IMG/VR virus record: IMGVR_UViG_2534682074_000009
Length of the DNA stretch: 22,175 nucleotides
Direction: 5' to 3' (one strand)
Source: a virus
Taxonomy: Duplodnaviria > Heunggongvirae > Uroviricota > Caudoviricetes
Part shown: positions 1 to 7,464 of the stretch, one piece after another
Layout of the letters: the number at the start of each line of letters is the position of its first letter
Numbering within the stretch: position 1 is the stretch's first letter
The notes under the pieces: model-generated
The model's input: only the letters and a program-made list of their open reading frames with translations
What the model was told of the DNA's origin: nothing
Databases searched by the model: none
Translations under genes and position numbers: made by a program

Positions 1-981
1 TTATAACGTCACTCCGCCTTTTAGTGGATTCAGAGCGACGGCATTTTGCAGATAGTCAGGCGCAAGGTGCGCATAGGCCATCGTCTGCTGAATGCTCGCA
101 TGTCCCAGAATCTGTTGCAGTGCGATTATATTGCCCCCATTCATCATGAAATGGCTTGCGAATGTATGCCGCAGGATGTGGGTTGCCTGATTGGGTGGTA
201 TATCAGGTTTCACTCTGCGTAAAATCCCGCAAAATTTCTCATAATCAACTTTGAATAATTTGGCGCTGGCCTCCTCTTTAACTTTTTTCTCCAGTTCCTC
301 AGAAATCGGCACGGTTCGCTTTTTACCGTTTTTGGTTTTCAGGAAGGTAACCCTGCAATTTGTAATCTGTGCTGGTTTTAGCGTGGCAACTTCCGTCCAT
401 CTTCCTCCGGTGCTCAGACATAAAAGCGCGACAAGTAAGTCATCACCAGCCAAAACATTTAACAGTTTTTCGATTTCTGCTTTTTCCAGGAACGTCATTT
501 CAGGGTTGGCCTCCGCCAGTGGCGGCAGTCCGTGAATTGGGTGTTGCCCGGAAAATTCATCCAATTGAATTAATTTTGTGAACATGCCGGATAATCGGTA
601 CATGTCACGGTTTATCGTTGCGGCACTGATACCATCACGTAGTCGCATGGAACGATAATCCATCAAAGCCCTTTTGCTCATCCTGCTCACTGGTATATCA
701 CCTATGCCGCTGATGGTTTTGAGTAGATGATTAAACTCTTTTGTTCCATGCTCGTGGTTTTGCCCGTGATATTTCCACCAGATGTCCAGCAACTCACTCA
801 AAGTCCGGCGGTCTGCTCGCTGGCCTCCCCATTCTTTCTGACTGGCATTGGCGATTGTGTATCGCTCAAATGCTAGTGCTTCAGCTTTTCTTTCGAATTT
901 CCTGCGGATGCGTTTTCCGTCGCGACCGCGAGGTCTAATGTCCACTTCATAGCGACCATCATCGAGCTTCTTAATTGCCAT
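1..981 (-). CDS. int: Tyrosine site-specific integrase (P2 Int-like)
   Basis: Stop codon is at 1-3 on the reverse strand. C-terminal region carries tyrosine-recombinase signatures (HILRHTFASHF ... LGHASIQQTMAYAHL). N-terminus MAIKKLDDGRYEVDIRP resembles P2 Int as I recall it. Start at 981 is preferred because GGAGGG lies 7 nt upstream; the six-frame ORF extends to 1011 but has no SD there. Confidence 0.9.
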   Translation of the reverse strand: MAIKKLDDGRYEVDIRPRGRDGKRIRRKFERKAEALAFERYTIANASQKEWGGQRADRRTLSELLDIWWKYHGQNHEHGTKEFNHLLKTISGIGDIPVSRMSKRALMDYRSMRLRDGISAATINRDMYRLSGMFTKLIQLDEFSGQHPIHGLPPLAEANPEMTFLEKAEIEKLLNVLAGDDLLVALLCLSTGGRWTEVATLKPAQITNCRVTFLKTKNGKKRTVPISEELEKKVKEEASAKLFKVDYEKFCGILRRVKPDIPPNQATHILRHTFASHFMMNGGNIIALQQILGHASIQQTMAYAHLAPDYLQNAVALNPLKGGVTL

Positions 982-1050
982 AAGAAAGCCCTCCGGCGCT
1001 GTATTCACCATCTTGGTAGCAAATGGTGAAAATGTAATCTTTATATAGAG

Positions 1051-1344
1051 TTAGCCAATCCTTTTCGCGGAGTGGTTGGACTCTGTTGACTCTGGCCCAA
1101 TGTGCGCGAGAGCCGGTGCGATTTGTCCTGCGTCCGGCGCGGTTTTATCTGTCATAAGCCATAGAGCATATTTTTGGAATGTGGGATGCATAGTGATTTT
1201 TAGCAAAGCTGTGCCACCGGGTTCAAAGTTTCCTCCTTCATATTTTTTAAGTGTGCTTAGCGGTAACTCTATGATTTCACAGAATTTTGATTGGCTTAGC
1301 CCTTCAGCCTCACGCAAGGCCTTAATCTTTTCGCTTAATTTCAT
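1051..1344 (-). CDS. C: Immunity repressor (P2 C-like, HTH)
   Basis: 97 aa, immediately upstream of int on the same strand and divergent from cox. The C-terminal segment GQIAPALAH matches the P2 C repressor as I remember it; the N-terminal half has an HTH-like character. Confidence 0.8.
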   Translation of the reverse strand: MKLSEKIKALREAEGLSQSKFCEIIELPLSTLKKYEGGNFEPGGTALLKITMHPTFQKYALWLMTDKTAPDAGQIAPALAHIGPESTESNHSAKRIG

Positions 1345-1403
1345 TTGACATGGTGCCTATATAGGGACTAAATTCCCTCAAAACTGGAACCTATATAGGT
1401 TCC
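1345..1403. promoter_or_regulatory. Genetic-switch region: candidate early promoter Pe with two copies of a palindromic operator
   Basis: TTGACA at 1345-1350 with TAAATT about 18 bp downstream (1369-1374). The perfect palindrome CCTATATAGG occurs twice (1356-1365 and 1390-1399) flanking the putative -10; the second copy extends to GGAACCTATATAGGTTCC (1386-1403). Confidence 0.5.
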
Positions 1404-1480
1404 ATTGATTTGAGAATAAACCAGCATCTAAACGGTTTTGAGTGGTTTAGAAAGGGCTGGATCCTATGAGGGTACCATAT

Positions 1481-1753
1481 ATGGACGCTGAAAATTATGT
1501 GATTCAGTATCCGCTTGATGCGGTTCATGTGGATAAATTTGCTGATTTATTAGGGAAGCCAAAGACAGCCGTCAGTGAAATGGTGAAGGCAAATAAATTA
1601 CCAATTATTGAATTGCGTGATCCTTGCAAACCGAAGGCTCGTGCCGGTGAAAAATGGGTTTTCATTCCTGAGTTTAATCGCGCTGTACGTGAGGCGTTTT
1701 ATAACCGACCGGTTGAACAGCGTGATGCATGGCTTTTGTGGATGGGGTTGTGA
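1481..1753 (+). CDS. cox: Cox-like excisionase / switch regulator
   Basis: About 90 aa, first gene rightward of the switch. Motifs PIIELRDP ... GEKWVFIPEFN ... RDAWLLWMGL parallel P2 Cox as I recall it. GAGGG lies 8 nt upstream of the ATG at 1481; the alternative ATG at 1466 has poorer SD spacing. Confidence 0.8.
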   Translation: MDAENYVIQYPLDAVHVDKFADLLGKPKTAVSEMVKANKLPIIELRDPCKPKARAGEKWVFIPEFNRAVREAFYNRPVEQRDAWLLWMGL

Positions 1754-1755
1754 TT

Positions 1756-1926
1756 ATGAATGAGCCGCGTTGTATTGCTCAGTTATTGCGTAACGAAAGC
1801 CCCAGGGCGATTGACTTCACCATCACCCACGGTAAGGGGCGTAAGGGAATCATTATCCGCACCAAAAAACAGAGTCCGTTAAAAAAGGCTCTGACCTTTC
1901 TGAAAAGCCGGAGGGTATGGAAATGA
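1756..1926 (+). CDS. Small hypothetical early protein (P2 orf78 position)
   Basis: Short basic ORF (starts MNEPRC) whose ATG overlaps the cox stop; position only. Confidence 0.45.
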   Translation: MNEPRCIAQLLRNESPRAIDFTITHGKGRKGIIIRTKKQSPLKKALTFLKSRRVWK

Positions 1927-2423
1927 CAGTGATGACGCTCAATCTCGTTGAAAAACAGCCAGCAGCTATGCGCCGGATAATTGGCAAGCATCTTGCCGTC
2001 CCTCGCTGGCAGGATACATGTGATTATTATAATCAGATGATGGAGCGCGAACGGCTAACGGTTTGCTTTCATGCACAGTTAAAACAGCGTCACGCAACGA
2101 TGCGTTTTGAAGAAATGAACGACGTCGAACGTGAACGACTGGTTTGTGCAATTGATGAATTGCGTGGCGCATTCTCAAAACGCCGTCAGGTCGGCGCAAG
2201 TGAGTATGCATATATTAGTTTTTTAACAGTCAGTCAGCGTCGTACTTTATTTATGCATGCGGGATTGACAGAAAAAGAATTCAATCAGCCGTACTGGCGA
2301 ATTAATGAAGAATCATGTTACTGGCGTGATGCTTTATTCCGTGCATTACGTGAATTATTCAGTCTGTTTGAGTATGCACCGACAATTCTGACGTCGGTAA
2401 AACCAGAGCAATATCTGCATTAA
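1923..2423 (+). CDS. B: Replication protein B-like (position and size)
   Basis: 166 aa if started at ATG 1923, which has GGAGGG 7 nt upstream. Location after cox matches P2 gene B; I do not recognise the sequence directly. Confidence 0.55.
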   Translation: MTVMTLNLVEKQPAAMRRIIGKHLAVPRWQDTCDYYNQMMERERLTVCFHAQLKQRHATMRFEEMNDVERERLVCAIDELRGAFSKRRQVGASEYAYISFLTVSQRRTLFMHAGLTEKEFNQPYWRINEESCYWRDALFRALRELFSLFEYAPTILTSVKPEQYLH

Positions 2424-2444
2424 ATAATTAACCAGAGTTTTTAA

Positions 2445-2472
2445 CGCACTTAATCGTGCGGGGCTTCTTTTT
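2445..2472 (+). terminator. Possible weak intrinsic terminator after B
   Basis: Stem CGCAC / GTGCG with loop ttaatc, followed by gggcttcttttt; the T-run is not immediately adjacent to the stem. Confidence 0.3.
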
Positions 2473-2486
2473 GCCTGGAGAAAGTC

Positions 2487-2711
2487 ATGCATACAGTTTC
2501 TGAAAATCAGTGCGGTAAATACGCATTACTGCTGCAACAGGCCAGAACCGAAGCACAGGCCGACGCTGCGACGCGCTTTTCTTCTCATCTTGACGCCATG
2601 ATTCGCCACATCACAAAGGCGGAGTTATCCCGCGTGGAGATAGTTGAGCTGCTCAGTCAGGAGTCGGAAAAATTTCACAATATCGGATTGTCTCGCGGGG
2701 AGGTGCTTTGA
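2487..2711 (+). CDS. Hypothetical early protein (P2 orf80 position)
   Basis: 74-aa ORF in the compact early operon; AGGAG-like SD (ctggagaaagtcATG); its end overlaps the next ORF start. Confidence 0.55.
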   Translation: MHTVSENQCGKYALLLQQARTEAQADAATRFSSHLDAMIRHITKAELSRVEIVELLSQESEKFHNIGLSRGEVL

Positions 2712-3013
2712 TGTCCTGTTCTCGTTCGGTTGTATTACTGAATAACGCCTTAAAAATCGCCGTTATGAAAAATGGTGATTTGTCTCTTATTCAACTTGGT
2801 ATTGATAAAGAGAAGCGCGAAATAACTGAATCTGTTATCGCGATTTATCAGAGTGAATTAAACCTCCTGTCTGATGTGGTCAATTTACTTGTTAAACGCG
2901 CTGTATTCCACAAGCAAATTTCCTCAGTGGATGAACTGACAAAATTAACGACAGAACTCGCCAGTTATTGCGCTGATGAATTTAAGAAGCTGAACGACAA
3001 AAGGAGCTGGTAA
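2708..3013 (+). CDS. Hypothetical early protein (P2 orf81 position)
   Basis: 101-aa ORF, start overlaps the previous stop; AAGGAG lies before the following gene. Confidence 0.55.
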   Translation: MMSCSRSVVLLNNALKIAVMKNGDLSLIQLGIDKEKREITESVIAIYQSELNLLSDVVNLLVKRAVFHKQISSVDELTKLTTELASYCADEFKKLNDKRSW

Positions 3014-3237
3014 TGCCGGACAACGTGGATTTTATTCAGGAACAACAGGCTGAATTACTGGAGCGCCAGATTAACGCGGCAAGGGTAAAACATTGCGGTG
3101 TTTCTGCGCTGGTTTGCGAAGAGTGTGACGCGCCAATACCTGCTGCCCGTCGTGCGGCTTATCCGTCAGCCACGCGTTGTGTTTCCTGTCAGTCAGTCTT
3201 TGAAGCAAAAAACAAACATTACCGGAGAACGGCATGA
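3013..3237 (+). CDS. TraR/DksA-family C4 zinc-finger protein (P2 orf82 position)
   Basis: CEEC ... 17 residues ... CVSC (C-x2-C-x17-C-x2-C) in a 74-aa protein; AAGGAG SD directly upstream. Confidence 0.7.
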   Translation: MPDNVDFIQEQQAELLERQINAARVKHCGVSALVCEECDAPIPAARRAAYPSATRCVSCQSVFEAKNKHYRRTA

Positions 3238-3509
3238 GTATTCGTATTGAAATTGGCGAACGTTATGTCGTTACCAGTGACAGCTTTCAGTTTATTCTCC
3301 ACGAGAAAAAGAGAGCGGAAAGCGGTAAAAACGCCGGTCAGGAATGGCTGGCGGTGGTTGGTTATTACCCGAAATTAGGCCAGCTCGTTTCCGGCCTGAT
3401 GCATCACGATATTCTGACCGGAAGCGCAAAATCTTTTGCTGATTTAAACGCGCAGGTTGAGCAACTCAGCAAGCGTTGTTCAGAGGCTTTTGGCTCATAT
3501 GGCCGTTAA
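3234..3509 (+). CDS. Hypothetical early protein (P2 orf83 position)
   Basis: 91-aa ORF whose start overlaps the previous stop and whose end overlaps the gene A start. Confidence 0.55.
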   Translation: MSIRIEIGERYVVTSDSFQFILHEKKRAESGKNAGQEWLAVVGYYPKLGQLVSGLMHHDILTGSAKSFADLNAQVEQLSKRCSEAFGSYGR

Positions 3510-5775
3510 AGCCTCCGGGCGTTTTGTCCCTCCGTCAGCATTTACCGCAGGCACCGGTAAGGCGTTTACCGGTGCTTATGCATGGAACGCGCCACGCGAG
3601 GCTGTCGGGTGCGAAAGACCTCTTACACGTGACGAGATGCGTCAGGTGCAAGGTGTTTTATCCACGATTAACCGCCTGCCTTACTTTTTGCGCTCGCTGT
3701 TTACTTCACGCTATGACTACATCCGGCGCAATAAAAGCCCGGTGCACGGGTTTTATTTCCTCACATCTACTTTTCAGCGTCGTTTATGGCCGCGCATTGA
3801 GCGTGTGAATCAGCGCCATGAAATGAACACCGACGCGTCGTTGCTGTTTCTGGCAGAGCGTGACCACTATGCGCGCCTGCCGGGAATGAACGACAAGGAG
3901 CTGAAAAAGTTTGCCGCCCGTATCTCATCGCAGCTTTTCATGATGTATGAGGAACTCTGCGATGCATGGGTTGATGCGCATGGTGAAAAAGAATCGCTGT
4001 TTACGGATGAGGCGCAGGCTCACCTGTATGGTCATGTTGCTGGCGCTGCACGTGCTTTCAATATTTCCCCGCTCTACTGGAAAAAATACCGTAAAGGACA
4101 GATGACCACGAGGCAGGCATATTCTGCCATTGCCCGCCTGTTTAACGATGAGTGGTGGACTCATCAGCTTAAAGGCCAGCGTATGCGCTGGCATGAGGCG
4201 TTACTGATAGCTGTCGGGGAGGTCAATAAAGACCGTTCTCCTTATGCCAGTAAACACGCCATTCGTGATGTGCGTGCGCGCCGCCAGGCAAATCTGGAAT
4301 TTCTTAAATCGTGTGACCTTGAAAACAGGGAAACCGACGAGCGCATCGACCTTATCAGTAAGGTGATGGGCAGTATTTCTAATCCTGAAATTCGCCGGAT
4401 GGAGCTGATGAACACCATTGCCGGTATTGAGCGTTACGCCGCCGCAGAGGGTGATGTGGGGATGTTTATCACGCTGACCGCGCCGTCAAAGTATCACCCG
4501 ACACGTCAGGTCGGAAAAGGCGAAAGTAAAACCGTTCAGCTTAATCACGGCTGGAACGATGAGGCATTTAATCCAAAGGATGCGCAGCGTTATCTCTGCC
4601 GTATCTGGAGCCTGATGCGCACGGCATTCAAGGATAATGATTTACAGGTCTACGGTTTGCGAGTCGTCGAGCCACACCACGACGGAACGCCGCACTGGCA
4701 TATGATGCTTTTTTGTCATCCACGCCAGCATAACCAGATTATCGAAATCATGCGTCGCTATGCGCTCAAAGAGGATGGCGACGAAAGAGGAGCCGCGCGA
4801 AACCGTTTTCAGGCAAAACACCTTAACCGGGGCGGTGCTGCGGGATATATCGCGAAATACATTTCAAAAAACATCGACGGCTATGCACTGGATGGTCAGC
4901 TCGATAACGACACCGGCAGGCCGCTGAAAGACACTGCAGCGGCTGTTACCGCATGGGCGTCAACGTGGCGCATTCCGCAATTTAAAACGGTTGGCCTGCC
5001 GACAATGGGGGCTTACCGTGAACTACGCAAATTGCCTCGCGGCGTCAGCATTGCTGATGAGTTTGACGAGCGCGTCGAGGCTGCACGCGCCGCCGCAGAC
5101 AGTGGTGATTTTGCGCTGTATATCAGCGCGCAGGGCGGGGCAAATGTCCCGCGCGATTGTCAGACTGTCAGGGTCGCCCGTAGTCTGTCGGATGACGTTA
5201 ACGAGTACGAGGAAGAAGTCGAGAGAGTGGTCGGCATTTACGCGCCGCATCTCGGCGCGCGTCATATTCATATCACCAGAACGACGGACTGGCGCATTGT
5301 GCCGAAAGTTCCGGTCGTTGAGCCTTTGACTTTAAAAAGCGGCATCGCCGCGCCTCGGAGTCCTGTCAATAACTGTGGAAAGCTCACCGGTGGTGATACT
5401 TCGTTACCGGCTCCCACACCTTCTGAGCACGCCGCAGCAGTGCTTAATCTGGTTGATGACGATGTTATCGAATGGAATGACCCGGAGGTCGTGAGGGCGC
5501 TCAGGGGCGCATTAAAACACGACCGGAGAACGCCAAACCGTCAGCAAAGAAACGGAAGCCCGTTAAAACCGCATGAAATTGCACCATCGGCCAGACTGAC
5601 CCGGTCGGAACGATTGCAAATTACCCGTATCCGCGTTGATCTCGCTCAGAACGGTATCAGGCCGCAACGATGGGAGCTTGAGGCGCTGGCGCGTGGCGCG
5701 ACCGTAAATTATGACGGGAAACCTTTCACTTATCAGGTCGCTGATGATTGGCCGGGATTTTTGTTACCCATTTGA
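3499..5775 (+). CDS. A: Rolling-circle replication initiation endonuclease (P2 gpA-like)
   Basis: About 758 aa. Contains the histidine motif PHWHMMLF and the paired catalytic tyrosines in GYIAKYISK, characteristic of P2 A-type initiators. Start 3499 (MAVKASGRF) chosen within the longer six-frame ORF. Confidence 0.9.
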   Translation: MAVKASGRFVPPSAFTAGTGKAFTGAYAWNAPREAVGCERPLTRDEMRQVQGVLSTINRLPYFLRSLFTSRYDYIRRNKSPVHGFYFLTSTFQRRLWPRIERVNQRHEMNTDASLLFLAERDHYARLPGMNDKELKKFAARISSQLFMMYEELCDAWVDAHGEKESLFTDEAQAHLYGHVAGAARAFNISPLYWKKYRKGQMTTRQAYSAIARLFNDEWWTHQLKGQRMRWHEALLIAVGEVNKDRSPYASKHAIRDVRARRQANLEFLKSCDLENRETDERIDLISKVMGSISNPEIRRMELMNTIAGIERYAAAEGDVGMFITLTAPSKYHPTRQVGKGESKTVQLNHGWNDEAFNPKDAQRYLCRIWSLMRTAFKDNDLQVYGLRVVEPHHDGTPHWHMMLFCHPRQHNQIIEIMRRYALKEDGDERGAARNRFQAKHLNRGGAAGYIAKYISKNIDGYALDGQLDNDTGRPLKDTAAAVTAWASTWRIPQFKTVGLPTMGAYRELRKLPRGVSIADEFDERVEAARAAADSGDFALYISAQGGANVPRDCQTVRVARSLSDDVNEYEEEVERVVGIYAPHLGARHIHITRTTDWRIVPKVPVVEPLTLKSGIAAPRSPVNNCGKLTGGDTSLPAPTPSEHAAAVLNLVDDDVIEWNDPEVVRALRGALKHDRRTPNRQQRNGSPLKPHEIAPSARLTRSERLQITRIRVDLAQNGIRPQRWELEALARGATVNYDGKPFTYQVADDWPGFLLPI

Positions 5776-6033
5776 GTAAAAATACAGCGTGATTTTATAT
5801 GTCTTTGAATGGATTATGCGAAGCACCTCTAAGGTAGATGAGGAGCAATAGCGTGTTGAATCAGAAGGCTAAATTGTATTGAATCGTTAGCATGTAATTG
5901 AAGGCAGCTATTTGATTCGAGTCATAAAAGAGCATCTATTTCGGTTAATAAAACCATTGCGAGTGACTTTATGTCGAAGCATAATTCATCTCGAGCGAAG
6001 TCTTGCTAGTCTTTCATCGGATTGATGACGGGC

Positions 6034-6067
6034 GCAAAAAAACCACCCTGGCAGGTGGTTTTTTTGT
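6034..6067. terminator. Bidirectional intrinsic terminator
   Basis: Seven A (6036-6042), stem ACCACCCTG / CAGGTGGT, seven T (6059-6065). Can terminate plus-strand transcripts leaving A and the minus-strand mini-ORF transcript. Confidence 0.55.
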
Positions 6068-6077
6068 TTGAAGCATA

Positions 6078-6191
6078 CTAAAGAAAAATACTTACATGGA
6101 TATTACTGACGTTTACTGACAAACCACTCGGACTACCATATGGATAGCCAAAGAGGGCCAGAACGAGAATGCAGTAATAGCACTTCTTCAT
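6078..6191 (-). CDS. Candidate 37-aa hydrophobic small protein (MKKCYYCILVLALFGYPYGSPSGLSVNVSNIHVSIFL)
   Basis: Absent from the ORF track because it is short. Perfect AGGAGG 4 nt upstream of the ATG (reverse complement of 6196-6201); stop at 6078-6080 is directly followed on the minus strand by the 6034-6067 terminator. Hydrophobic N-terminal half. Confidence 0.3.
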   Translation of the reverse strand: MKKCYYCILVLALFGYPYGSPSGLSVNVSNIHVSIFL

Positions 6192-6847
6192 ATCGCCTCC
6201 TGTAAGCAGAGGGCAATTTCCGCCGATATATGCGCTTCTAAGGCGGAGTGACTATTGAGCGAAGTCTTGCCCTGAAATAATGCTCTGTTTAAACGCAAAG
6301 TGATCTGGCATATCACCGAACAGAGGACCTGAACAACACAACATATAGTATGTCGTTGTTTCTGGTTGCATTTTATGTTGTGTAATACTGGTTTTGCATC
6401 AAGGATGTTTGAGCTTTTTTTGATATAGCTCAAAGTAAAAAGCAGAGACTACGGATGATAAGGTCTTGAAAGCAATGTAAATTTTTTAAAGTTGTGAGTG
6501 GCTAGAAATGCACAGTTTCAATATGGCGGATTTAAACAAGTAATTAAAAATAGCGACATAAATTCAAATAAAATCATTAAGTTGCGTTTTCTGTGGAAAC
6601 TTCGGTGACTCTGAAATTTTCTTTTAGTGTCGCTGAGGTTTAACAACTCGCTGCGCAAGTAGTTAGTGTTTTTTTAATTCAATATTCTGATTTATAAGGT
6701 TTTTTATAAATCGTGGGCTGGTTGCGCGTATTCATCTCGTGTTATCAGCAAAGATAAGCTCTATATGCAGAACTGAATGCATATATGATGTCGAAAATGT
6801 TATGGGAAAACGTGGATTAGTGTTATAGTAATGGCTGAAAAACAGCC

Positions 6848-6907
6848 TTGACATAAAATAACAATTGTGATATGGCTGTGCATACTTAACTTTTTTAACG
6901 TAGGAGG
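6848..6907 (+). promoter_or_regulatory. Candidate sigma70 promoter and RBS for the metallopeptidase gene
   Basis: Consensus -35 TTGACA (6848-6853), 17-bp spacer, weak -10 TATGGC (6871-6876); AGGAGG (6902-6907) 5 nt before ATG 6913. Confidence 0.35.
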
Positions 6908-6912
6908 CAACC

Positions 6913-7398
6913 ATGAGCTATGCAGCTAAAAAACTGCTTGACCGCTATTGGGATCGCCGACTACCTGTCGATCCGTTTAAGCTTGCTAAAGCGTGGGGTG
7001 CTCGTGTTGAAGCACTTGAGGAATCGGCTTATAACAACGATGGGTTAAGCGGTCTGGCTGTCATCAAAAAGGGTGTCCATAGGATTTATTTTGATTCTAG
7101 TGAACATTCTAATCGTCAACGTTTTACTGTTGCACACGAGTTAGGTCATCATGTGCTGGGGCATACCCAGGACGGAGAGTACCATCGGGATAATGTCGGG
7201 AATTATTCAACAGGTGCTCGTGATTACCGTGAGGTTGAAGCAAACAAGTTTGCTGCTGAGTTGTTAATGCCTGAGTCTGCTATACGTCAATTGGTATCCA
7301 GAGAAGGTATTGATAGCACTTTGAGATTAGCAAGCATCTTTAATGTATCAGAAGCCGCTATGCATTGGCGCTTAAAGAGCTTAGGAATGGCTTATTAA
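6913..7398 (+). CDS. ImmA/IrrE-family (COG2856 / DUF955-like) zinc metallopeptidase, stand-alone
   Basis: 161 aa. HEXXH motif in FTVAHELGHHVLGH and the downstream EANKFAAELLMP signature typical of this family. Strong SD. No adjacent XRE/HTH partner ORF is visible. Confidence 0.8.
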   Translation: MSYAAKKLLDRYWDRRLPVDPFKLAKAWGARVEALEESAYNNDGLSGLAVIKKGVHRIYFDSSEHSNRQRFTVAHELGHHVLGHTQDGEYHRDNVGNYSTGARDYREVEANKFAAELLMPESAIRQLVSREGIDSTLRLASIFNVSEAAMHWRLKSLGMAY

Positions 7399-7425
7399 TT
7401 AGCCTTTAACTTTTAACCTGTTTAA

Positions 7426-7464
7426 AATCACCTTTACGTTTGTACATGTAAGGGTGATTTTTTT
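7426..7464 (+). terminator. Intrinsic terminator between the peptidase and membrane-protein ORFs
   Basis: 11-bp stem AATCACCTTTA / TAAGGGTGATT (one G-U pair), loop containing palindrome TACATGTA, then seven T (7458-7464) abutting ATG 7465. Confidence 0.5.

Noticed and set aside
982-1011. Integrase N-terminal extension (MVNTAPEGFL) in the six-frame ORF
   Set aside because: No ribosome-binding site before the ATG at 1011, whereas GGAGGG precedes the ATG at 981, and the protein from 981 begins like P2 Int.
3476-5329. Internal and antisense ORFs within gene A (3476-3808, 3925-4194, 4991-5329, 5023-5271)
   Set aside because: Embedded in the replication initiator gene, which has clear catalytic motifs in its own frame.
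6188-6433. 81-aa minus-strand ORF in the AT-rich intergenic region
   Set aside because: No Shine-Dalgarno, low-complexity translation, and it is in a different frame from the SD-supported 37-aa mini-ORF whose start it overlaps.
6408-6435. Hairpin TTGAGCT / AGCTCAA with a T-run inside the loop
   Set aside because: The T-tract is within the loop rather than 3-prime of the stem, so it is not a canonical intrinsic terminator; it may be incidental in AT-rich DNA.
6732-6914. 60-aa minus-strand ORF overlapping the peptidase promoter and RBS
   Set aside because: No RBS; it overlaps the strong promoter/SD of the plus-strand gene and its start would sit on the peptidase start codon.
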